DNA from: an uncultured Planctomycetales bacterium
GTDB taxonomy: Bacteria; Omnitrophota; Gorgyraeia; Zapsychrales; JAHFFX01
DNA length: 64,000 bases
Assembly (NCBI GenBank): GCA_964464475.1
Contig: CAYXGG010000001.1
Coordinates: forward strand, 87,174-151,173
Reading direction: 5' to 3'
The translations under genes and the position numbers were made by a program. Below, piece by piece: positions 1-8,399 of this stretch. Positions within the stretch are counted from its first letter, which is position 1. Each line of letters begins with the position of its first letter. The notes under the pieces were generated by a model that ran no database searches, was not told where the DNA came from, and saw nothing but the letters and a program-made list of their open reading frames with translations.

Positions 1-247
1 CCGGCGCTATTGAAAAATCTACAGAGTATTCTCACTCTGTACACGTCCTTTTTAGTAGTGTGTCTGCCATTCTTTACTTAACCGCGTTTGGCGTGCAAGA
101 TTGGATTCATTCCTTGGGGATTATTTTGATTATTGTGGTATTCGCGGTCATGATTCCGTGTTGTGCCAGTGGTATCGCCTTTCCACTCTTTTGCGCGCAT
201 CGCAATTGTCACCATGGTCCTCAGGGTGAAGAAATTTCTTGAAATTT

Positions 248-2356
248 ATGGTTCAGAAATCGACCAAGCCGTTATTGAAAATAGGTTCCCGATCTAGCTT
301 GCTCGCCAAAGTGCAAGTACGCGAAGTCTTGGCGTTATTGCGGCAGCAAAAAGTTGCCGTAAATCCGTGTTTTTTTTGGTTTAGTACCTCCGGGGATCGC
401 GATCGTCAAACGCTGCTTTCTCAGGAATTTGCCGGAGATTTCTTTACGGACGCTTTAGATCAAGCGTTGCTGGCTGGGACGATTGATGTGGCGATTCATA
501 GCGCTAAAGATTTGCCTGAGGATTTACCTCCGGGCTTGGCGATATTCGCGTTAACTGCTTCCGAAGATGAATCAGATGCGCTTGTTGCTGCCCAGCGTCT
601 AAAAGATTTACCGGTGGGAGCGCGTATCGGAACCAGTAGCGGGCTACGCCAGCAGGCCGTTCTCGGGATTAATTCCAAAGTGCGGTTAATTCCGGTTCGA
701 GGGACAGTGGACGAACGCTTGACTCTTTTGGATCAAGGGAAACTGGATGGTTTGATTGTGGCGACGTGCGCTTTGAAAAGATTGGGTCTAAATAAGCGAA
801 TAAAAGAAATAATGCCGTGGGAGACCATGCCTCTCCAAGGGCAGCTGGCGGTCGTAGGGCGAAGCAATGATGTGAAGCTTAGGAAGCTTCTTGCCAGTAT
901 CGACGTTCGTCAGCGTTATGGAAAAGTCTATTTAGTGGGTGCGGGACCGGGAGCTCCAGATTTAATGACGTTACGCGGGATTGAGGCGTTAAAGCGGGCT
1001 GATTGCGTTTTTTATGATTATTTGGTAGATCCTCGTTTGCTGGCTTACGCGTCGTCGAAGGCGGAGAAGGTTTATGTAGGTAAGAGAAAAGGAAAACATT
1101 CCATGCCGCAGGCTAAGCTTTCGCGGCTGCTTTTGGATCGGGCTCGTTCTGGTAAGGTGGTCGTACGCCTTAAAGGGGGGGATCCTTTAGTTTTTGGTCG
1201 CGGTGCAGAGGAAATGAATTATCTTCATTCCTATAAAGTCGACTGTGAGGTGATTCCAGGAATTAGCTCAGCAACAGGGATTCCCTCAAGTCTGAGTTTG
1301 CCTTTAACAGCCCGTCGGGTGGCGTCTTCAGTAGCATTCTTAAGTGGTCATGGTGAAGCGGAACCTGAGCGATCAGCTAAGGCACTGCGTATTCCGCAGG
1401 CGGATACGTTGATTTTCTTTATGGGGTTGACTAAACTTGATGCTATTGTTAAGCAGCTTATCCGTCAAGGTTGGAACAAGCAGACGCCGGTGCTGATTAT
1501 TTCCAAAGGGACCACCCGTGATCAACGATTGATTCAGGGCACGCTGGCGGATATTGTCGATAGAGTTGATCAAATCAGGTTGCCGCCGCCGGCCTTAATC
1601 ATGGTGGGAGAAGTTTTGAAATTGTCGCAAGATTTTAGAACTCAATTTGGCAGCCAACCGTTTTTCTCTAAGCCTAAAGCACCATTAACCAGTAAAAGCC
1701 TATTGTATTTAGGTACACGTCCTGAAAAGTATCGAGTTTTGGGTCGCATGATTCCTTTTCCGATGATTGCCATTAAGCGCGTTCAACCCTCAGCGGAGGA
1801 GATGAGTCGTGTTTTGGCGCAATTTAGTTTTTATTCGCTCGTTATTTTTACCAGCGCTCATAGTGTTAATTTTTTCATCAAACTTTTGCGGGAATACAGC
1901 GTTGATTTGAAATATCTAAGGTCTAAAAGCATTGCTGTCGTCGGTCAGGACACGGCAGAAGCGTTGCGCCAATATTTTCTGACGCCACAGTTCGTTGCTA
2001 CTCAGGAAACAAGCGAAGGGCTTTGGCAAGTTCTTCATGAACAGTATTCTGTTAAAGGTAAGAATATTCTTTTCCCGCGTTCGAATTTATCCAATCCATT
2101 TTTGAAAGCGCACTTACAACAGGCTGGGGCTCACGTTACCGAACTAACCGTATACCAGAATATTAAGCCGCCCAAGCGGCCCTTACCTGCTTTGAACAAG
2201 GTGTCATCGGTTTTTTTCTCCAGTCCTTCAACGGTGATTAATTTTCTTAAGGACTATCAGCAGATTCCTCAAGGTTGGCAAATTTATGCCAAAGGAGAGC
2301 GAACCAGGGATTATTTGCGGGAACGGGGATATGTCGCGGCTATGGTGCAACTGTGA
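248..2356 (+). CDS. Tri-domain heme/siroheme enzyme: porphobilinogen deaminase N-terminal domains (HemC-like, about residues 1-225), then uroporphyrinogen-III C-methyltransferase (CobA/SUMT), then uroporphyrinogen-III synthase (HemD)
   Basis: The N-terminus (LKIGSRSSLLAKVQ...IDVAIHSAKDLP) matches HemC domains 1-2. The middle (VYLVGAGPGAPDLMTLRG...LKGGDPLVFGRGAEE) is the SUMT signature. The C-terminus (VIFTSAHSV...FFSSPSTV) matches HemD motifs. The ORF opens at TTG 239; the first ATG is at 248. Confidence 0.8.
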   Translation: MVQKSTKPLLKIGSRSSLLAKVQVREVLALLRQQKVAVNPCFFWFSTSGDRDRQTLLSQEFAGDFFTDALDQALLAGTIDVAIHSAKDLPEDLPPGLAIFALTASEDESDALVAAQRLKDLPVGARIGTSSGLRQQAVLGINSKVRLIPVRGTVDERLTLLDQGKLDGLIVATCALKRLGLNKRIKEIMPWETMPLQGQLAVVGRSNDVKLRKLLASIDVRQRYGKVYLVGAGPGAPDLMTLRGIEALKRADCVFYDYLVDPRLLAYASSKAEKVYVGKRKGKHSMPQAKLSRLLLDRARSGKVVVRLKGGDPLVFGRGAEEMNYLHSYKVDCEVIPGISSATGIPSSLSLPLTARRVASSVAFLSGHGEAEPERSAKALRIPQADTLIFFMGLTKLDAIVKQLIRQGWNKQTPVLIISKGTTRDQRLIQGTLADIVDRVDQIRLPPPALIMVGEVLKLSQDFRTQFGSQPFFSKPKAPLTSKSLLYLGTRPEKYRVLGRMIPFPMIAIKRVQPSAEEMSRVLAQFSFYSLVIFTSAHSVNFFIKLLREYSVDLKYLRSKSIAVVGQDTAEALRQYFLTPQFVATQETSEGLWQVLHEQYSVKGKNILFPRSNLSNPFLKAHLQQAGAHVTELTVYQNIKPPKRPLPALNKVSSVFFSSPSTVINFLKDYQQIPQGWQIYAKGERTRDYLRERGYVAAMVQL

Positions 2357-2380
2357 AACAGATAAATATGTGAGGAAATC

Positions 2381-3349
2381 ATGACTCGTTTTCGTCGATT
2401 AAGAGGGACGGCACCGTTAAGAGCGCTAGTTAGAGAAACTCGTTTATCTCCAGAAGATTTGCTTCAACCATTTTTTGTGCGCGAGGGCAAAAATAAACAG
2501 GAAGCGATCCTCTCCATGCCGGGAATTTATCGTTATAGCCTTGACCGCCTTCTAAAACCTGTTGAACAGTATTATGTTTCTGGGGGGCGAGCTATCGTTT
2601 TGTTTGGCATTCCGGACCACAAGGACCCTCGAGGGACCAGAGCGTACGCGGACAATAATATTGTCGCTAAGGCGATTGGGGCGATTAAAAAAAGGTTACC
2701 GGAGCTCGTGATTATCACCGATGTGTGTTTATGTGCGTATACGTCGCATGGTCATTGTGGCGTGGTTGTCGGCAATCAAATAGATAATGACGCGACGTTG
2801 GATTTGTTGGCCAAGATGGCCGTAACTTTGGCTCAGGCGGGTGCTGATGTGATCGCTCCTTCCGATATGATGGATCATCGAGTGGCCAGTATTCGATGTG
2901 CTTTAGACAAGAAAGGTTTTATTAATATTCCTATTTTGTCTTACGCTGTGAAGTACGCTTCCGCGTTTTATGGACCATTTCGTTCGGCCGTAGACTCCAC
3001 GCCACAATTCGGCGATCGAAGAACTTATCAAATGGATCCGGCCAACGCGCGGGAAGCGCTCAAGGAGGCGCGACAGGATATTTTGGAGGGCGCGGATTTG
3101 ATTATGGTTAAGCCGGCCTTAGCGTATGTGGATATCATTTCAAAATTGAGAAAAGAAACAACTGTCCCGATTGTGGGTTATAGTGTGAGCGGTGAGTATT
3201 CGATGATTAAAGCGGCGGCTCGTTCGGGGTGGCTCAACGAGAGAGAGGTTGCTCTGGAAAGCTTGTTGTGTATCAAACGTGCGGGAGCGGATTTGATTAT
3301 TTCCTATTATGCTCAGGAGGCGAATCGATGGCTATCCGAAAATCGCTAG
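2381..3349 (+). CDS. hemB: Porphobilinogen synthase (delta-aminolevulinate dehydratase)
   Basis: N-terminal FRRLRGTAPLRALVRETRLSPEDLLQPFFV matches HemB. The cysteine cluster DVCLCAYTSHGHCG is the zinc site. A ribosome-binding site GAGGAAATC lies upstream. Confidence 0.9.
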   Translation: MTRFRRLRGTAPLRALVRETRLSPEDLLQPFFVREGKNKQEAILSMPGIYRYSLDRLLKPVEQYYVSGGRAIVLFGIPDHKDPRGTRAYADNNIVAKAIGAIKKRLPELVIITDVCLCAYTSHGHCGVVVGNQIDNDATLDLLAKMAVTLAQAGADVIAPSDMMDHRVASIRCALDKKGFINIPILSYAVKYASAFYGPFRSAVDSTPQFGDRRTYQMDPANAREALKEARQDILEGADLIMVKPALAYVDIISKLRKETTVPIVGYSVSGEYSMIKAAARSGWLNEREVALESLLCIKRAGADLIISYYAQEANRWLSENR

Positions 3350-4620
3350 CGGCTTTTAATCAAGCCCGTCAAGTGATGGTGGGCGGGGTCAATAGCCCGG
3401 TGCGTTCTTTTATTTCAGTCGGGGGCAATCCGCTGGTGATTGATCATGGCCGTGGGGCCAGCATTGTCGACATTGATGGTCATCGCTATACCGACTATTG
3501 TTTATCTTGGGGAGCGGCCATTTTGGGGCATGCGAATAAAGAAGTCTTGCGAGCGGCTCAGCAGTCAGCGTTAAAAGGATTTAGTTTTGGAACTACGACC
3601 CGCCCAGAAATTGAAATAGCGCAGTTTTTGGTGAAACAGGTGCCTTCTTTAGAGTTGGTTCGATTTGTTAACTCGGGAACTGAGGCGACGATGAGCGCCA
3701 TTCGTGTGGCGCGGGGATACACAAAAAAGCGATTGGTCGTTAAGTTTGATGGGTGTTATCACGGGCATGCGGATGATCTGTTGATCCAGGCTGGGTCAGG
3801 GGTGGCTAAATTACAGGAGTCTTCGAGCCTCGGCGTTCCTCGAGCGCATGTTCAAAATACCATCAGTCTGCCTTTTAATAACACCAAACAATTAACCGAT
3901 ACATTGCATCAATATCGAGAAGATATTGCCTGTGTTATTCTGGAGCCGGTGGCTGGAAATATGGGTGTCGTCGCAGCGCAAAAGGATTTTTTAAAAGTGC
4001 TGCGCTATTTAACTGCGAAATTCAATATTGTGCTTATTTTTGACGAGATTATGTGCGGATTTCGGAGTTGTTTGGGTTGTGTTCAGCAAGAGGTAGGCAT
4101 TATTCCCGATATGACTTGTTTGGGAAAGATAATTGGAGGCGGGTTTCCCGTTGGGGCCTATGGTGGACGAAAAGATATTATGCAGTGTTTAGCCCCGTTA
4201 GGGGGTGTTTATCAGGCCGGAACTTTTGCCGGGAATCCAGTGGTGATGCGCGCGGGGCTAGCCGCACTCAAGCAACTGACTCGTTCAATGTATGCGGAGC
4301 TCAATCAGAAGTCTGAGAAATTTGTTGTGCAGATGAATTCTTTTTTTAGACAGCATCGAATTCCGGCTCATTTTTCAGGATATAAGTCCATGCTTAGTTT
4401 GCGGTTTCGGTCGATGGAGGTTAATGATTATGCCAACGCCCAACAAGCCTCTTCCGGTGAGATTTATGCCAGGTTGTTTAATGTTTTATTGCGTTCGGGG
4501 ATCTACTGGCCACCTGCTGACTTAGAGGCCTTTTTCATTTCCGCTGTTCATACGCAACATGATTTAGAGCGCTTACAAAATATTTTGAAGGATTTCTTTA
4601 TTGCCAAGGGAAAAAACTGA
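3328..4620 (+). CDS. hemL: Glutamate-1-semialdehyde 2,1-aminomutase
   Basis: VMVGGVNSPVRSF, the GGGFPVGAYGG lysine-PLP region and the class-III aminotransferase fold are present. I placed the start at internal ATG 3328; this overlaps the hemB stop by 22 nt. The upstream part of the tracked ORF is an out-of-frame extension. Confidence 0.9.
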   Translation: MAIRKSLAAFNQARQVMVGGVNSPVRSFISVGGNPLVIDHGRGASIVDIDGHRYTDYCLSWGAAILGHANKEVLRAAQQSALKGFSFGTTTRPEIEIAQFLVKQVPSLELVRFVNSGTEATMSAIRVARGYTKKRLVVKFDGCYHGHADDLLIQAGSGVAKLQESSSLGVPRAHVQNTISLPFNNTKQLTDTLHQYREDIACVILEPVAGNMGVVAAQKDFLKVLRYLTAKFNIVLIFDEIMCGFRSCLGCVQQEVGIIPDMTCLGKIIGGGFPVGAYGGRKDIMQCLAPLGGVYQAGTFAGNPVVMRAGLAALKQLTRSMYAELNQKSEKFVVQMNSFFRQHRIPAHFSGYKSMLSLRFRSMEVNDYANAQQASSGEIYARLFNVLLRSGIYWPPADLEAFFISAVHTQHDLERLQNILKDFFIAKGKN

Positions 4621-4705
4621 TCATATTGCAAATATTGGGATTAATTCGCCATTAATTAAATGAGAGTGTTAGAATAGGCGCATTATTTTAAGGAAGGAGC
4701 TAAAT

Positions 4706-5095
4706 ATGCAAAAATTTAAATTATTATCGTTGGCTTTGGTGGTCGCTTTCTCAGTATTTTGTTCAGGGTGTATCCCTTTGCTGGTGGGTGCGGCAGCCGG
4801 AGCCGGTGGGATTATTTGGGTCAAAGGTAAGTTAAAACAAGAGATCCTAGAACCTTTAGATGTTGTCCACGCGGCTGCGGTCAAAGGTTTGCAGAAAATG
4901 GAGCTTCCGGTGATCGTGGATAATAAAGATCAATTAACCGCTAAATTGGAATCTGAGTTTGCGGATCGTGCACGTGTTTGGATTGATTTAGAAGCCTTGA
5001 CGGATAAATCGACCCGAATTGAAATCCGTGTCGGGACTTTGGGAGATGAACAGCGTTCCCGTGAGATTTTAAATAGCATTGAACAGTATCTATAA
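4706..5095 (+). CDS. Small lipoprotein of unknown function
   Basis: Signal peptide with lipobox FCSGC, preceded by ribosome-binding site AAGGAAGGAG. No recognisable catalytic motif. Confidence 0.5.
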   Translation: MQKFKLLSLALVVAFSVFCSGCIPLLVGAAAGAGGIIWVKGKLKQEILEPLDVVHAAAVKGLQKMELPVIVDNKDQLTAKLESEFADRARVWIDLEALTDKSTRIEIRVGTLGDEQRSREILNSIEQYL

Positions 5096-5114
5096 TTGTC
5101 GAGAGAGGGTCATT

Positions 5115-5468
5115 ATGTCAGTTGAAGAATTTTCTACCCGACCATGGGGGAATTATAAGAAATTATTTCAAGAACCCGGAGTCTGGGTCAAACGCGTGGA
5201 AGTGAATGCCGGAGCGCGGTTAAGTTTGCAAAAACACCAGAAGCGTTCCGAAAAATGGATTTTTGTTTATGGGCGAGGTGTCGCCATTGTGGATGGTAAA
5301 GAAATTCCCGTGGAAGCCGGGAGTGTGGTTGATATTCCTTTAGGTGCCGTGCACCGGATTGGGAACACAGGGCAGGATTTGTTGATTTTTATTGAAGTCG
5401 CTACGGGAAGCTATTTAGCGGAGGATGATATTGTACGGCTGCAAGATGATTATGAACGTAAGAGTTAG
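5115..5468 (+). CDS. Cupin-domain protein (mannose-6-phosphate isomerase type II C-terminal-like)
   Basis: RPWGNY...GARLSLQKHQKRSEKWIFVYGRGVAIVDGKEIPVEAGSVVDIPLGAVHRIGNTG is the phosphomannose-isomerase cupin pattern. Start at ATG 5115, after ribosome-binding site GAGAGAGGG. Confidence 0.6.
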   Translation: MSVEEFSTRPWGNYKKLFQEPGVWVKRVEVNAGARLSLQKHQKRSEKWIFVYGRGVAIVDGKEIPVEAGSVVDIPLGAVHRIGNTGQDLLIFIEVATGSYLAEDDIVRLQDDYERKS

Positions 5469-5490
5469 TTGATGTCGTTGGCTCACTTTG

Positions 5491-5527
5491 AAAAAGCCCT
5501 CAATAAAATATTTATTGAGGGCTTTTT
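5491..5527. terminator. Bidirectional intrinsic terminator between the cupin gene and rpoN
   Basis: AAAAAGCCCTCAATAAA-ATAT-TTATTGAGGGCTTTTT forms a perfect 14-bp stem flanked by A/T runs on both sides. Confidence 0.7.
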
Positions 5528-6893
5528 ATTCTTTACGTAAATGTGATGGCAGTATGTTTAATTGCTGACGGTATTTGCTGATGGTTCGGCGGGCGATCGG
5601 CATCCCCTTTTGAGTAAAGCAATCTTGAATTTCCTGATCAGAAAGGGGGGAATGTTTATTTTCAGCGTCTATAAGATCTTTGATTTCTTCTTTAATGCCG
5701 CGACTAGATACTGTTTCGTTATTCCCATCAGATAACGCTTGAGAAAAGAAATATTTTAAAGCAACCGTCCCCAAAGGAGATTCAACGAATTTCCCTTGGA
5801 TAGCTCGACTGATGGTGGATTCATTGCGGTTGATGGCCTCAGCTACATCTTTTAGTGTCATTGGAATAATCGCTGTAGCAGTTCCTTCAAAGAAATCTTT
5901 TTGTTTCTCCAAGATGTATAGCGCGATTTGCTGAATAGTGTTCCCGCGTTGATCAACGCTTTTGATGAAGTTTATCGCGTCTTTAATTTTTTCCTTAATG
6001 AACTCACGTTCATCAGATTTGAGATTCTTATTTTCTAGCATTCTTTGATAAGTCATGTTTACTCTTAATTGGGGAATGCCATCTCGGCAGACGGAGACGC
6101 TGTAGCCTTGAAGGGGGTCCTTTTTGATAATCACGTCTGGTTTGATGTAGATGTTTGCGCTGAGGGGTCGAAAGTTTCTGGCGGGTTTAGGTTCTAAATT
6201 AGCAATCTTTTGGGCAGCTTCCTTGACCGAATCAATATTGACGCCCAGTTTGCGGGCAATATCTGAGAATTTTTTGCGACAAAGTTCATCAAAGCACTCT
6301 GTAATAATACGAGTCGCCAGGTCATGGTGTCCGCTAAAGCGAACCCGAACTTGAATCAATAAGCTTTCTTTGAGGTCTCGAGCGGCAATCCCGATAGGTT
6401 CAAAATGTTGAATAACCTCGAGCACATGCTTAACCAGATTTAGTTGTTCCGGGCAAAGCGACTCTGCGATTTCCTCGCAGGAAATGTTTAAGAAGCCGTC
6501 TTCGTTTAGATTCCCAATGATGGCTTCTCCAATTTTGAGTTGCAGAGGATCATTGAGCTCAAATTTTAGTTGTTCCAAAAGATTTTCTTCCAGGGAAAGT
6601 TTCTTGGTTAAGGGCTTTTCTTCCCATTTTTCATCATCGCTGAGGTATTCTTGTTTTTGTAGTTTAAGTTTTTCCGATTGACGCAGGGCGAATGCTTTTA
6701 ACTCAGCATCATTAATTTCAGGGCTCGGGAGAGGCGAGTTTTCTTCTATTTCCAAGAGGGGATTGTTTTGAAGTTCATGATCAATGGCTTGTGCTAATTC
6801 AGTCAGCGGTAGCTGCAAAACAGCTACTGATTGCTGAAGTAAAGGCGCCATGATTCCTTTTTGGATTTGTTTTGGAGATAAGTTAACTTTCAC
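5526..6893 (-). CDS. rpoN: RNA polymerase sigma-54 factor
   Basis: Region I is glutamine/leucine-rich (MAPLLQQSVAVLQLPLTELAQAI...NPLLE). The C-terminal RpoN box ARRTISKYR and the helix-turn-helix are present. Confidence 0.9.
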   Translation of the reverse strand: MKVNLSPKQIQKGIMAPLLQQSVAVLQLPLTELAQAIDHELQNNPLLEIEENSPLPSPEINDAELKAFALRQSEKLKLQKQEYLSDDEKWEEKPLTKKLSLEENLLEQLKFELNDPLQLKIGEAIIGNLNEDGFLNISCEEIAESLCPEQLNLVKHVLEVIQHFEPIGIAARDLKESLLIQVRVRFSGHHDLATRIITECFDELCRKKFSDIARKLGVNIDSVKEAAQKIANLEPKPARNFRPLSANIYIKPDVIIKKDPLQGYSVSVCRDGIPQLRVNMTYQRMLENKNLKSDEREFIKEKIKDAINFIKSVDQRGNTIQQIALYILEKQKDFFEGTATAIIPMTLKDVAEAINRNESTISRAIQGKFVESPLGTVALKYFFSQALSDGNNETVSSRGIKEEIKDLIDAENKHSPLSDQEIQDCFTQKGMPIARRTISKYRQQLNILPSHLRKE

Positions 6894-7024
6894 AGCAAAA
6901 AGTATACCATGAATAATTTTTGTTTGCCAAATTCAGGGTGAAATGCTGATGAAAATCGTTTAATGTTAATTTTATTGGACACGTCTTAAGTCGTTGGGTA
7001 ATATAAATTTACTCTATGTCCGGA

Positions 7025-7052
7025 TTTGTCTATGACAGTCATGTTGATTTTG
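7025..7052 (+). promoter_or_regulatory. Conserved upstream motif (candidate enhancer / PrsR-binding site), copy 1
   Basis: TTTGTCTATGACAGTCATGTTGATTTTG contains the nested palindromes TGTC-N3-GACA and ATGAC-A-GTCAT. Twenty of its first 21 nt recur at 56044. It lies about 150 bp upstream of the sigma-54 promoter at 7176. Confidence 0.5.
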
Positions 7053-7175
7053 GGCAACATAGGATTTCAATTTTAGTGTTGTGAAAATAATGATTGTTGA
7101 TAATATTGATCGTAAGTTATTTGAAATTATATATTTGCAGCTTTAAGGCAAGAAATTGTCTGGGATTGTCTAGGA

Positions 7176-7191
7176 TGGCATATATTTTGCT
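7176..7191 (+). promoter_or_regulatory. Sigma-54 (-24/-12) promoter for the EPS operon
   Basis: TGGCAT-ATATT-TTGCT matches the consensus TGGCAC-N5-TTGCW with exact GG/GC spacing. It sits 99 bp upstream of the first EPS-operon gene, and rpoN is divergently transcribed. Confidence 0.65.
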
Positions 7192-7289
7192 ATAACATAC
7201 CCGAATCCGATTGGCCCTGGTAATTATGGTGGGCTTAGGCTATACTTGAGCCATTGTGACAGCTCGGTAAAATTTTAGTGGGGTAAATT

Positions 7290-7511
7290 ATGGTAGAAGA
7301 ATTGCTGAACTTGGGGGAACCTGAGAACAAAAAACGTCTGACTATTACTGAAGTGGCTGAAATGGTCGGGATTAGTCCCAAAACTTTAGCCCGCTGGGAG
7401 AAGGTTGGCAAAATTAAGAAACCTAAAAGAGATTGGCGCGGCTGGAGGGTCTACGAAGAAGCCGACGTGCTCAGAATAAAAGAATTTCATGACACAGTTT
7501 TCGAAGTTTAA
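7290..7511 (+). CDS. Small MerR/excisionase-type helix-turn-helix DNA-binding protein
   Basis: LTITEVAEMVGISPKTLARWEKVGKI is a MerR-family helix-turn-helix. It is the first ORF after the sigma-54 promoter. Confidence 0.5.
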   Translation: MVEELLNLGEPENKKRLTITEVAEMVGISPKTLARWEKVGKIKKPKRDWRGWRVYEEADVLRIKEFHDTVFEV

Positions 7512-7536
7512 TTTTAAGATTAAGGAGAGACAACTC

Positions 7537-8358
7537 ATGCGAATCATTAGGATAATTAATCAATTAGTTCTAGGGGTTATGTGTTTTTCCAGCTTAGTTT
7601 GGGCTGAAAATCAAGGAAATTTTGTCGGTGGCGAAAGTGCCCAAGCTAAGGAAAAATGGCGTCCTCGGTCAGAACGAGTGAAAGAGCCAGAGCAAAAAGT
7701 GATCAGTGAGAGTAAAGAGCTAACAGCTGAAGAAATATTGATGCAGGTAGGCACAATGGCTGTTGCTGATGAGAAAGCCTACACATTGGGCATTGATGAT
7801 GTCTTGGAAATTCTGGTTCAGCGCCATCCCGAAGTCTCCGGTCAGTATGTCATTAATGGTGAAGGCAAGATTCAGTACGAATTTGTGGGAGATTTAAGTA
7901 TCGCGGGCTTAACCAAAGAGAAAGTTCGAGATTTAGTGGTTGAGCAATTATCAAAATATATTGTTTCACCCGATGTCACCGTAAAGATTATCGGTTATAA
8001 TAGCAAAGTGGTTTACGTGATCGGCGAAGTCGGTCGTCCAGGAAAGATTTTTATGCGGGGTGATACCATCACCGTTCGTGAAGCCTTGTTGGGCGCAGGA
8101 TTGCCGCTATTGTCTGCCGCAACGAAAAAAACTCGATTGATTACTCCTTCTGCGGATGGAAAACCCGCTCAGAAATTTATTAATGTTGAAGCTCTGCTTT
8201 ATGAAGGTGATTTAAGAGAAAACCTGGTGATGAATCCCGGTGACACGCTTTATATTCCCGCAACTGTTTTGGCAAAAGCTATGCGAGCCATCCAACCCGT
8301 CACACAACCACTGGGAGAAGCAGCGGGTACGACGCGATCGGTTTACCCCGGACTTTAA
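7537..8358 (+). CDS. Polysaccharide export protein (Wza/EpsE-like, Poly_export + SLBB domains)
   Basis: Signal peptide. PDVTVKIIGYNSKVVYVIGEVGRPGKI and GDTLYIP are Wza-family motifs. ATG 7537 follows ribosome-binding site AAGGAGAGA. Confidence 0.8.
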   Translation: MRIIRIINQLVLGVMCFSSLVWAENQGNFVGGESAQAKEKWRPRSERVKEPEQKVISESKELTAEEILMQVGTMAVADEKAYTLGIDDVLEILVQRHPEVSGQYVINGEGKIQYEFVGDLSIAGLTKEKVRDLVVEQLSKYIVSPDVTVKIIGYNSKVVYVIGEVGRPGKIFMRGDTITVREALLGAGLPLLSAATKKTRLITPSADGKPAQKFINVEALLYEGDLRENLVMNPGDTLYIPATVLAKAMRAIQPVTQPLGEAAGTTRSVYPGL

Positions 8359-8399
8359 TTTGAATCAATAGCTAACCAAAAAATAAGGAATTATTCGAT

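Noticed and set aside
60-242. 60-aa ORF in the first 240 bp
   Set aside because: No ribosome-binding site, odd composition, and it lies in the probable promoter/leader of the hem operon. Treated as spurious.
3229-3327. N-terminal extension of the hemL ORF; also 52693-52752 and 60585-60683
   Set aside because: These extensions overlap the 3' ends of upstream genes. The homologous N-termini begin at the internal ATGs.
6151-6681. Plus-strand ORFs of 65-67 aa inside rpoN; similar small antisense ORFs lie inside other large genes
   Set aside because: They sit antisense to well-supported long genes, with no ribosome-binding site or motifs. These are typical shadow ORFs.
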